A stretch of 63,018 nucleotides of DNA, counting the filler, from Platydemus manokwari (taxonomy: Eukaryota): NCBI GenBank assembly GCA_037951405.1. It is 5 parts of 5 records of this genome, joined end to end, with 100 filler letters (N's around TTAATTAATTAA, not from the genome) between each part and the next. Parts side by side here need not be neighbours in the genome. Positions count along the whole stretch, not along the records: positions 37,410 to 52,778 come from JBBMOY011298094.1; positions 52,879 to 63,018 come from JBBMOY011164546.1; 3 more parts are not named here. One strand, 5' to 3'. The notes below the pieces were generated by a model. The model searched no databases. It was not told where the DNA came from and saw only the letters and a list, made by a program, of their open reading frames with translations. Both the position numbers and the translations under genes were made by a program. Positions 47,656 to 60,162 of this stretch are shown piece after piece (the first letter of the stretch is position 1; each line of letters begins with the position of its first letter).

Positions 47656-49118
47656 ATGGAAAATCAAAACAATCAAGAAGTTTTCAGTTGTGAAAATTGT
47701 CGAAAATCGTTGACCGGTAATCGGTATATTTTGAAAGACAAATCACCACATTGCTTGCCGTGCTATGAAGAAAAGTTTGCCAACAAGTGTGATCGTTGTA
47801 AAGAGAAAATCGGTTGCGACAGTAAGGTAAGAGGATCATATTTAGGATGAATAACAAATGGATTTGATTATGTTCGATTTTTTTTCAAACCACTAAAGGA
47901 TTTATCATTCAAAGAAAGACATTGGCATGAAGCGTGCTTTCTTTGCAGCAGTTGTTCGGAATCTCTAGTAGACAAACCTTTCGCTACTAAAGATGAGCTT
48001 TTGTTCTGTCCAGATTGTTATGAAAGCAAATTTGCGACACGCTGTGACGCGTGTGGAAATATTTTCAAAGCCGGTGCAAGAAAGTACGAATATCGTGGCA
48101 GGCAGTGGCATGAGAATTGTTTTGTTTGTGCTGAATGCCAACAACCAATCGGCGCTAAGAGTTTCATTCCAAGAGAAAATCAAACGGTTTGTGTACCTTG
48201 TTATGAAAACAAATTCGCCCAAAGATGCACGAAATGCAATGACGTAAGTTGTAAATATTTATTTCATTATTTTCGTGTTATATATATCAATGAAATTTCC
48301 ACTGTCCCAGTTACAGTATTTAATATGAAAAAAAACCTAATATTTATACTAATTAATTTAATTTCTTAATCGATTTTATTCAGTCCAGTCACTTTAATTA
48401 GAAATCCATTACATATTTTATTAAAATTTCAACAGATGTATCATGGGTAGTTCTAAAATTATTTCACTTAAATGTCATCCAATAGCAATCGAGTCGAGAT
48501 GGGGAAATTAAATAGTGTAGTTATTCATTGATAAGAGAGATATTCGGTATCGTTGCGAAAGTAGATTACGGTTTGGAAATGCTTTCATGTTCTATTTTCT
48601 TCTGTCAAATGTGGGAGATATGACGATGGAGGCGAAAAAATTTCCACTACAGTCGATTAAATGAAAACTTGTGATTTCTGATGTGTTGGTATGCATATTG
48701 ATAATATATATACACGGATTCAGGTAATTCGCAAAGGCGGAGTAACTTATAAAGGCGAGCCATGGCATAAAGAATGTTTCCTTTGTACAGAATGTCATCA
48801 ACAATTAGCTGCTCTAAAATTTACATCGAAAGATGACAAACCGTATTGCGCGGATTGTTATGCCAATTTGTTCTCGAAGAAATGTGCCAAATGTACGAAA
48901 CCGATAACAGGTGAATTTTGTATTCATGTTTGTTATTCGATAAACATGTTTGGTTTTTTTTAACATTAGGTTTCGGAGGTTGTAAATTTATATCTCTGGA
49001 CGATCGACATTGGCATTCGGAGTGTTTTACATGTAGTCGATGTGATACTAGTCTTGTTGGACGAGGTTTTCTGACGGATAAAGATTCCATAATATGTCCG
49101 GAATGTGGTCAAAATTAA
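47656..49118 (+). CDS. FHL2: Four-and-a-half LIM domains protein (FHL2/Limpet-like), 283 aa
   Basis: Exons 47656-47826, 47899-48243, 48724-48910, 48970-49118. An N-terminal half LIM (CENC..CLPC) is followed by four LIM domains (CxxC...WHxxCFxCxxC...CxxC). Hallmarks: IGCDSKDLSFKERHWHEACF, QPIGAKSFIPRE, GGVTYKGEPWHKECF, SLVGRGFLT. Confidence 0.95.
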
Positions 49119-52100
49119 CGAGGGAAAAATATAGGATTTTCAACAATTTCATGAACAGTAATAATCCGTGGAAATTATAAGCACTGCTACTGACAATGTA
49201 TCAGTAGATAATTTATTTAAATTATTATTTATTATTATTATTATTGTCTTGGATTAATTTTACTAGCCTGGATATTATTTTACTTTGCTGATGAAATGCA
49301 CTATATATTGACAGAGTTGAGAATAATTTTTCTTGTAAATCTAATAGAAAAATTAAATCTTCATCATCTACTCTATTTATTATCAAATAAAATATATGTT
49401 ATCAAAAATTCGTGTTTTTTTCTCATAATCGATTTATGTCGACATCAAATATTCCAACCGATATTGGAATTGGAAAAAAAAATTACACAAAAGTACTTGA
49501 GTGCTTCATTCTCACACACACACACACTACAACACAGATCGATCACAAATAAAATAGAATTATTCAGTTAACAACCAGAAAACATCGCGTTATCTCATCA
49601 TTCGTAGATAATCGTAAATTTTATTCGAATCTCTTCACTATGAATCATTTGACAAACATTATGGCAAATCATCTGAGATTAGTAATTGAATCAGTTCAAG
49701 GTGCTTATTGAATCTGATTGGCTGAACGAGAATAAACAAATAATTTCCATTGAATTATTTCATCCACTTTCATTGATTGTGTTCAGAAAATCAATCAAAT
49801 CCTCCAGACAACTGAATTTTAAAATTATCTTTATCTTTATGATTAAAAAAATCTTTTTCATCATCGATTTTTCTTATAACTAGATTTTCTGCCTTTGTAC
49901 TTTAAAATTTTATCATTTATTTGTGAGTATGAACCGTTATTTCAATGTTATGAGAGATGGAGAGATGAAGTCATGTGAAATCGAAATGAAGCTACAACAT
50001 CCAATTATAGTCAAGTAGAAATCTACAGACAGTGAATGTATGTGAAATGGTTGTGGGTTTGAATAATTTTTATCAAAACATTAAAATCGATTTTAAAGTC
50101 TTTCCAAACTTATACCGACTCTTTATATTCATCGGTGAAGTATAGGAGCTCTGTTTTTTGTGTTTCCAATCTAGATAACCCATAGAATTGGTAAAGTATT
50201 TTTTAATCACTATCAATGATTTGTTCTTGTCATCTTCAATTATGATTGGTTGTTCGGTTTCGTGTCAGGCCCGTATAATTCCCTATGAAATGAAAGCAAT
50301 TTTCCCGATGAGTTCTTCACAGAATATAGATCAAATTGATAATGAGAAAAATTTCGTAAAAATTATAGCTGCCATGTCGTAATAAAATTAAATATTCAAT
50401 AAGCAAGAAATGAGATTTCTTAGCGATCACAATGAGGATGTTGGCTCAGGTAATAATAATCTTTTGGTGATGGATCAGATAAATATACATACAACAAAGC
50501 CGGTCCATCAGAAAATGATCAGCGAGTGAAATACAAAATAGAATAAAGGAACTTTTCTTCAAACAAAGAGAATAGTGACCATAATTACGAAGAAGAGTTC
50601 GGTCCCGTGTCATGACTGAGACTGCGTCTTAATGTTGATTCTATTAAATAAAAAATTATCATTTATCGATAATTCAAAACATTAAAATCAATATTGTTTA
50701 TTTCATTACGTTGTTTTCCTGTATTGTAATATTAAATAAAATTTGTATTGGTTCAACAATTCTCAAATCTCAAAAAAAATATAAAGTGACCAAGGCTGAA
50801 GAAATTTTTCAATGAAACTTCTGTTGTGTTTATTAAGATAAAATGAAGAGAGCACTCTCGTCCAAATGAAATAAATATAAATAGCTTCAACTAGCTACTA
50901 CAACAATTGACTCTACTCAAATCGGCTCACACCTGGCAATGGATCGTTTTTGAATTGTTATTTAAACTTAGAGCTTGCCTGTGTTTTGGTGTGCTACAAT
51001 TTGATTTGACATTTTACTTTCCAAATTGGGTCTTATAATTTTCTATTATGGGTATTGGTCACTTCCTGCGTGCGTTGTTGCGTCATCATAGCCTTTTACT
51101 GAATTTTAATCTTCCATTTATATCATCTCTGATTGGCTGACTGATATGCGTATAAGAGTGCGTGAATTCCGTGTAAAGTGACAAAACAAGTGTTTCAAAA
51201 TCGAATTTTTGCGTGACATTTATCTTTATTCAACACTTGGAAGTATGGTCTTACTTGTATGGAATATTCACAGGAATACTTGAAATAAATATAATCATAT
51301 AATTAATCAGTCCATTTTGTCGTGCTTTTATTAAATATAATCGATAATTTTTTGGAAAGATATTTTCGAAAATATTGCGACAAAGTAAGTTTCATATTGA
51401 TTTAACAATTTTATTGTGCTTTCTTTCGGTCATATCTGAATATATTCAATACTCTTACTTGATAATATTTAGATTATAAATAACTATTTGTAATTGATTT
51501 TCTTAATTTAGCTAATTATATTAATTAATCGCGTTATACCAAATTAAATCAATAATTGTCGAAATATTATTATTGTTAATCGATAACAACTGTAAGTTGA
51601 TTATTACCAGCTACAACTCAAATATAACGAAAGTAAATTTGAGATCTTTGAAAAACGTGATAAATAAAACTGAAATAATAGTTTTTGAAACAATTATCAT
51701 TTTCGTGATGAGAAATATTGATTAGATTGTGAATTAATCATTAAAAAATTTAATAAATAATTGAATCTAATAAATTATTATTATCAAGTTTTTATTCAAG
51801 ATTGTGATCATGGCAATAACTCGCGATAAATATCAAGTAAATTCTCTCGAATCTTTGGACAGAAAGAAAAATATGAACCATATGATTGGTGAATAAATGG
51901 AACTGATATGTAAATTCAATCCGAAAATTCATTTCGTTAGAGATCTTGCTATCGAAGAAATCAAAAATATTATAAATTTCAAAACAATGAGTAATGAGTT
52001 TATGGCAGTTGGATTACTGGTGCAGAAACTAACGTAAAGAATCTCATGGAGATATTTCCCCGTAATATATATTGTCTATAATAAACACACGAGATCCTAT

Positions 52101-52778
52101 TAAGTAGGTTTAGAAACAAAATCTTGATATAAGCAAGCCAGTCTTTAAAAAGCAAACGTAAGAAAATCAAAATTATTAAAAACCGGCAGAGATAAAATTG
52201 GTTTAGTTAAGTCATTTTAAAAAGTATATCAATTTATGAAGGAACACACAACATTGTTAAGTTGGGTTATTTTGCAAACTTAACGGATTCTAATTTCTGA
52301 TTTGACTATTTTTATCTTAAAGTAAAAATCTATATCGCAATCAAACAAAATTCATTCTGTTTTCTAAAATACATGTGTGACCATAATATTACATTTTATC
52401 CATCGGTGATTTGAATTATTATATTTTCGTATAAAATACATATATTTGAAAGGTATTTTTACGTTATACTCAACCCAAAATGAGACTCCCATATTTGATA
52501 TATTGATTTTAAACGAATAATTGCTACTGATGAATGAGATTAGAGGCCATAAAATATCTTTAAGAATCCCATAAATCAAGAATGTAATTTCTGATATCAT
52601 TTCACAATCATTTTCAGGCTAAATGAGGATTTATGAAAATAATTTAAAAATAGAATAAAAATTGATATTTATATTTTATATTGGGTCTATAACTTAAAAA
52701 GCGGAATTTTTTTAGAACAATTGAGTGTTTATTAAAGAAAATCTTGTACAATTCTGTTATCCAAAGTAATGTCCATCG

Positions 52779-52878
52779 NNNNNNNNNNNNNNNNNNNNNN
52801 NNNNNNNNNNNNNNNNNNNNNNTTAATTAATTAANNNNNNNNNNNNNNNNNNNNNNNNNNNNNNNNNNNNNNNNNNNN
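52779..52878. other. Artificial contig spacer
   Basis: Same 100-nt N/TTAATTAATTAA/N design. Confidence 0.95.
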
Positions 52879-55800
52879 TTAAATATTAGAAAAAACAAAC
52901 GGTGTAATTTTTGAAATATAATAAAATATTTATGGAAACGAGTTGTCTTTTTACTATTTTTATTAACGTATTTTAATATTTATGTTCCTCATTAAGATTG
53001 GCAATTATTGAAGCTTTCTTGGAAATATTTTAATGGTTTAAAAAAATTGTTTTTACTAATAAACAGATTTTTACAAAACTTCTCAATGACCGTAAAAACG
53101 AATTTAAACATTTTAATGAGGTTACTACTAACAATAAGTATTACACAGTAGAGTAAAATTTAATAGAACTGTTTAAGTGATATAAATCAACTGCAATTTT
53201 TGTGCTTTCTCGTTGATTGCAGATCGATATTTATAATGCTTCACACCAGAAACAAAATGCTAATTGATAACTAAACTATTAATGCGGGCGTTTTATAATG
53301 TAATGTGGGTTGTAAATATATTCATAGTCTATATGTATTGAATATTTTTGCATCGTGACAATTTTTTATCTATTTTATATTTTTTGCTTAATATTTTCAT
53401 CTCTTTATTTTTCATTTCTACTTTTAGATATTATTATTTTATTTTAATATCTTTTAAAAATTGATTTCATCTTTAGTTCTATTTTTAAACAACTTCTAAA
53501 AAATTATCTGATAATTACTCTTCTTAATTTGAGATGGAATCTGGTACCAAGTAATTTGATTAACCTAATTTCATAGAAATATAATGAAATTGCTCTATAA
53601 AACTCTTATAAAAAAATTAGATTTGATTTAAATAAAAATAATTAATTTTATCTTTGTCTATCTTCTCTTTATATATGTTTATATCGATTCAATCAATAAA
53701 GAAAGTAAACAGTCACTTTTTAAAAGATCTTTCGCACACATTATATTTTTATTGTTTACAGCAACGATTTTCAAAGCTCGGAAAAGCGTAATAATGAAAA
53801 AATATATACAAAAACATTAAATCTATTAAGACATTTCCTTCTTACTATAGTTTAGATATAAACATGTCACTTTGCTTTTATGTGTTCCAGCTCAGTATGA
53901 AAGATGCTTGAAAATTGAATGTTTAGACTATATATACAGAAAGCCAAATGTAACTTACCTAAGAACAACTACCACATATATGCTCATCAATGACATTTAT
54001 TATCGGTCTTCCTACCATTTAAATTTACAAAAACTTCTACTGAAAATTATTTGAAAATGTCAAATGTTTGATGCGAAGTATGATTAATAATAACTTGAAT
54101 GCCATTACCACAAGTGTGATTAAACAAAATTTACTCTTAATTTATTTTAATAGCTCACACTTTACGATAAGTAAACCGAAGTGATGAAATTTCGTAGTCG
54201 CACAATCACAAGTTTTGTTGGCTTCTTTACGTTTACTTTCGCTATCATTTGCTTAAATGTGATTGGCTAGGTTTTTTTAAAGTTTATTTATTATTCACAA
54301 CACAGTTTTAAACTTTTATTTATCATACTGATGTGTAGGTTGCCATACTACTAGTTGCTATGGTATTATTTTTTCTTTAATATTTACATTTATGATATTT
54401 ATATATTTACTTTTACTTATTTTTTCCATAGTTCAATTATTTATTGGATTTCATCATCTTTCATTGCTACTAAAATTCAAATATCGGTTTTGTATTTCCA
54501 AATTTTCTTTATTTTTCAAATTATCTTTATCGATATCTTTATCTTTATATATAATTTTAACCTAACACAATTATGTATATCGCAATGAGCAATGTTAATT
54601 TTTATCAATTGAGTTTATTTTTCAAAAAGCAACTTTGAAATACGCGCACGAAAAATAATATAAAATATTTTGTAGAAATAATAAAAATATGAAATAAAAA
54701 ATATTTTTAGTATATATCTCAATAAAGTAAATTTACTTAGATAAAGAAAATTATTTTGATATAGATAAAAAATGCAAAATCAGGATCAATAAAGACACGT
54801 TTAATCACAATAACAAAAAACTTTGTATAGAAAACACCCATAGGTAACAAGTCGTGGGTAATAACGAAGAAAAACAACCATATGCAGCATCGACATTTTA
54901 GTTATAAGCGCACTTGATTTTAATTATAACGCTTACTTTAGATTTTGATTCAAGAACTCAAGAATTTTTACATAAATTACTGAAGCTATTTATTACATCA
55001 TGAAAATTTATTTCCATTCAATACAATTTGAACTATTTATTCATCGCAAGGTATTTCTTCTTAAATATACAAACGAGTCAATTTAATTTTAGTAAATTCA
55101 ATTTTACCAATTCTTTGTGGAATTCTTTTATACTCTATCATAATTAAGTCATCATCGTCCTAGTGGTAAACGTTGAGCTTAATGATCGTAGGCTCATGTA
55201 GGATAGGCAACTGCAGAATAATTATTATTCTGTTGTGAAAATCTTATTCTTATCTATTTAATCTATTACTTAATTATTGTTTATTTATATTATAAATTTC
55301 TCTAATCGGGATTACAAATACGTCTTTATTACTGAAAAGCAATCTAATAAGTTAGAGTAAACTAAATCATACCCTTAAATAATTTGAACTAAAATTATCA
55401 GCAAACACTGACACAAATCTAATTTAATTTTAATATAGCTCAAATAATTAGTTTAACAATTAAAAATGGACTGAGCAACCATTGAGCTGTTAAGTATGTA
55501 AAGTCTGTTTACTAGTCTACTCGGTTTACTATATTTACTAGTTTATTCATATCGTTATTATATCACTCATATTGCCGATATCTGATATGCCTATTGATTG
55601 TACATTATCTCTTTTCTTTGATCCTATATATATTTTTTCTTACAATTATCTCGATTTTATCTTCATAGTCAGTAATATTTAAAAGAAGCTGTTAATAGTT
55701 ATCGTCTCATTTTATTGTCATTGTAATTAATTAGTAATAATTTCAGCATCTATTGGTATAAAGTTTAGAGAAAGTTAAAAATTGAAATAATTCAGAAATC

Positions 55801-57321
55801 GATATTACAGTTACGTAATTACATTCTATCACAATCAACAATTGAAGTAACGAAAGTCTACAATTTTCAAGTACATGATATAAGTAATAATATTTTTAAA
55901 ATGATTCCATATAATAATTATATTACCAGTAATTACAGAAAGGAATGTCAAATAAATATCGGATGATTTTGGTAAGAAGAAAAAGCGGTTTAGATAACAT
56001 AACAACATCTCTACACAAAAAAGACAAGTCATTTATAAACTGCAAATAAAAACGAAAGAGATTAAAATAATACATGTAATAAAAAAGTCATTTATATTTA
56101 GCGAATAAACCAAATAAAGTAAAATAAATCATACACAATTTTGACACACAAGGCCAGTATGATTACTTCACAGATGTCACTGTGAATTTGAAAAGAATAA
56201 TTTGATAATGCAAATTAGAGAATGAACATATTGTGAGTTTTTGGAGAATTTGGAAGTCGATACAATTGATGTTGTAAATTCATCGACTGGAAATTTATTA
56301 TTTGAGGAAAACATATTTTTTTACTATAGTTAAAAAGTGTTAGGCTTTAAACATTTGCTTAATTACATATGTTGAAACATATATATCCAAACAATTCGAA
56401 AGCCTCATTAGCTCATGTGTCATCTGCACGATATCTATTTCCATCTTGTTGTAAAAAAATTGATTGAGTTAAGGTTTTGTCTTTGAACTTCTTTATCTAT
56501 AGAATGATAAAGATAAATTGTGAGTTAATACTGATATTGAAGGAATTCATTACAATTTCTAATTTACGAACCCACCTGTTAGATAGAATTTTTGAATCTA
56601 TATATATCGTGAATTAAACACGCTAGAATTCAATAGTAATTATATTCAGATTAATGTGTTTACTTCTGTGTGATTAGTTATGAGGTTTCTATGGAATCAA
56701 AATAAATTTCTTAGGTAGCGAGTTAATGATTACATAAGTCGCTACGTCACATGCATTTAAATAGACTTTTATGATTCATAAAAAAACTGGGCTTTAAAAT
56801 ACTACTAATTCTATTGATTTAATTCTTTGGAAATATAACATAATTAAAATTTTTAAAGCAATTTAATGTAAATTTAAAATTATTTCGGTCAATCATTAAA
56901 TTATGTTGGTTCTTATAATGGGAAACATAGACAACGTATCATAATATAGTTAGGATTTTTTAGAACATTTTCACACTATTGAAATTCAAACGGTAAAATT
57001 AACCTACAATCTAATTTTGGACTTCTCAATGTCATTTTAAATTATAGTTTCAACATTTTTAAAGGTATGTAGATTTATAGTTAATGTCACTTTATCATTT
57101 TATTTCAGTATAAGACAAGTTATGTTTTCATAAAATATTATTTATAGAGCAATCCACTACTATTATTACTAATTTATGAGTACATTCACGTTTAATGTTT
57201 GAAGATAAATTCTTTGAAAGTTGTATTTAATTGTGTTTAAATATTATTCAATTTATTAAATTTTAAAACTTACTTTTTGAAGTTCATTGTTTTTATTATT
57301 TTATTTATAATTTTTAATTTT

Positions 57322-60162
57322 ATGCTAACTAAAAATTCATCATACTTAAATAAACCTGAAAAATATGTAAAACGAAGATACTCCCAAGCATTAGAAAATG
57401 ATAATCAAAATGAGCCTGTAAAGAAATTTCGTAAAATTAAAAACGGTAAAACCGAAAATGATTCAGATGGATTATCTTTCATTGAAGATACGGCAAATTC
57501 TCACAGTTTAGAATTTCAAGATTTTCTTAAACATTTTATGATTCCGTCTAACATATATAAAAGCTTAGCAATGCGTCATAAAACGAATCCATTAATATTA
57601 AAACGCAACCTATCTTACCTTACTAAAAATAGACCAGGTTGAATATTTTAATCAGAAATCTAATTGAATTATTTCAAATTGTTAGAAGTTCCGCGATCGG
57701 ATTTAAAAACCATTGCTGACCACTTATCTACTGTTCAATTTCATGACGAAAATATGGCTATTATGAAAGGTAAACATCCCAACAAGATAATATTTCCCAC
57801 TTATCCAAATAAAGTGAATTTTAAATTCGAACAATTTATGGATAGCAAATCAGAAAAGGATTGGAAAACAATTGAAGTGCATTTAATTTTATTAGCATTA
57901 AGTTTGTAAATAAAATGTTTTTTTTGTTTGTTTTCAAGGCAATTGTTTACGTGGATATTATACATTTTTATCGCGATAATCGCAAAAACAAGGAAGGTTA
58001 TCTTGTGAAACGTGTCTTGTCTGGACAGAAAATTAAATGCAATGACGAAATGACATCCGATGACAAAACTCACACCATAGACATCGCCGGTGCCATGAAA
58101 AGTGCGAATTCATATCGAGTCTACAAATCTGTGTTTCATTTCAAAGTTTTAGCTAAAGAAAAAAAAACTTATTTCAAAGTTAGCATATATTTATGTCTTG
58201 TTAAAGGAAAGATATTTCTGTGGATCTATTAATTTATTTTCCATCGGTACAAATTTGACGGAATTATTTTTTTCTAGCAAAATTTTATCGATAAAAAAAC
58301 CGAAGAAAAGAACAACGAAGTTTTTCCCGTGACATATGAAGCAATGATGCCATTGTTTAGCAACTCAACTTCAAATCGGAATATTAGGTTTTCGAATTAT
58401 TTTGTACAATCAGGAAAATATCAGGTTATTTTTCATTGATAGAATTTCCTAATAGTACTGTATTATCATTAATAATTATCAAATATCATTTCTCTCTTAT
58501 TTTTTTGTTATTTTTTCTAATTTTTTTTGTTTTATTTAATTTGAACTCTTTTCCTCTTTAGTTAATGTGTATCACAATCGTTGTTGATCATTTTTCAGAT
58601 ATTTATGGACGTCACTGACATGGAAAAATGTGACGATTCAGTTTATTCTGGTAAAACCAATAACATATACAACAACGATCCAGATAGCAGTTATCCATTC
58701 GATTGTCAATGGTATAAAATCGATGATCCTCAACACAAAGCTATCAATAAAAACAAAGCTCGAATCACATTCCAAACCGATAATGAAGATCAAATTCATG
58801 AAAAACAGAAACCGATGCAAACTCGCAACAAGTCTCTTCCTCCAATCATCAAGTTGTCCCCCTACAAAACCGGAGGTGGGTACACGAATGTTGACATCAA
58901 TCATGAACGCTTCTTGTCGCTTTCAGAATTGCGATTGTCGTCAGTTACGCTGAAAGAAAAACCGAAAATCGATGTCAATATTGCCTACAAATTCGTCGTC
59001 AAGGATAAAATCGTCCAGTGGACCCAGACGAAACATTTGATGTGCCCCTGGTGTCAGTTGAATTTCCATCTGAATGGCGACCTGTTCGACAGTATGGTTG
59101 ATTTGTTTTGTGTTTCATTTTCTTGATTCTATCGATCGATAAACCATTTGTTGTAGCATTCAAACAGTTATTAGCCCATCTCAACAATTGGCATCCAAAA
59201 TTGACCTTTTCTTGCACGAAACTCAAAAGTCGAGCCTCATTCATGCAGGAATTTTTCAACAATTTCATCACAATCGAAGTGAAATTAACAGACTCGTCCA
59301 AATCGCATGAATGGGATTTCGGATATCTTTTATTGGAACAGTTTCCAACGAGACGAATGCCACTAACAGAATTGATTCACAGCAAACATAAAGTGACTAT
59401 TTGTTTAATTGATTTTTATAGTAATGCATTGCCAATTTTCTTGTATTAATCATCAATTGTAACTCAAACAACTTGGCAACCAATCAGATTTGTTTTACGC
59501 ACAACCAATTTGATTGGTTAGTCTTGTGGAGAATTTCTCTTAATCGATTTCATATTTTGTTTCTACGAGTGGTTTCTGCCATTAGTTCCGGTATCGAAGT
59601 AGTTTCCATCGATATTTTATTATTGATTATTTTGTATACGGTTTTTTTGTTAAATGGGTAACTCGTTCTCAGAAACCATTCGTGAAAGTGCGTCACAAAA
59701 ATCACGATCGCGATTACAGTCACACATGGTCGGCCGAAAACCTGAAAGAGGCTGAATTCGAAATCGACTCCGAATCCGAGGAGAATATGCAATGGCTGTT
59801 TGATCAATATTATCGAAAAGTGGAAGAATTCAGTGATCTCAATCATGTAAAACTTAATCGAATATCTTTACCGTTGTTAATGGCAACCGTTTTATTTTCA
59901 ACAGATCGAGAAACGGGTCATTCAAATGTGGAACCGCGAATTACTCCGTTACGGTTTGTATTTGAGTGATTCGCAATTGAAGCCTTTCGTGGAGAATTTC
60001 GTCGATGGCATCATCAGTAATGAAAATCAGTTGAAGGAGGTGAAATCGATGCGAAACACCTTTATGTTGCACTTGGTGAATCTCATTGATTATGGATTAT
60101 TATCGTCCACCGTGATGCTTAACTGTATGAAGAAGCTCGATGAAGCTTTTGAGAAAGTTTGA
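57322..60162 (+). CDS. SUZ12: Polycomb protein SUZ12 (PRC2 subunit), divergent, ~684 aa, 8 exons
   Basis: Exons 57322-57637, 57686-57876, 57939-58178, 58278-58424, 58599-59091, 59157-59392, 59673-59846, 59905-60162. N-terminal ZnB-type helix FLKHFMIPSNIYKSLAMRHKTNPLILKRNLSYL; C2H2 finger CPWC...HLNNWHPKLTF; PTRRMPLTELI; VEFS box HDRDYSH...EIDSESEENMQWL...VEEFSDLNHIEKRVIQMWN...RNTFMLHLVNLIDYGLL. Confidence 0.9.

Noticed and set aside
55148-55215. tRNA or tRNA-derived SINE (cctagtggtaaa A-box-like)
   Set aside because: No B-box/T-loop (GTTCRA) and no cloverleaf could be built.
58388-58413. 26-nt GT-AG segment inside SUZ12 exon 4 as a tiny intron
   Set aside because: Removing it breaks the frame, and the read-through SGKYQI fits the family DGEYEV-type motif.
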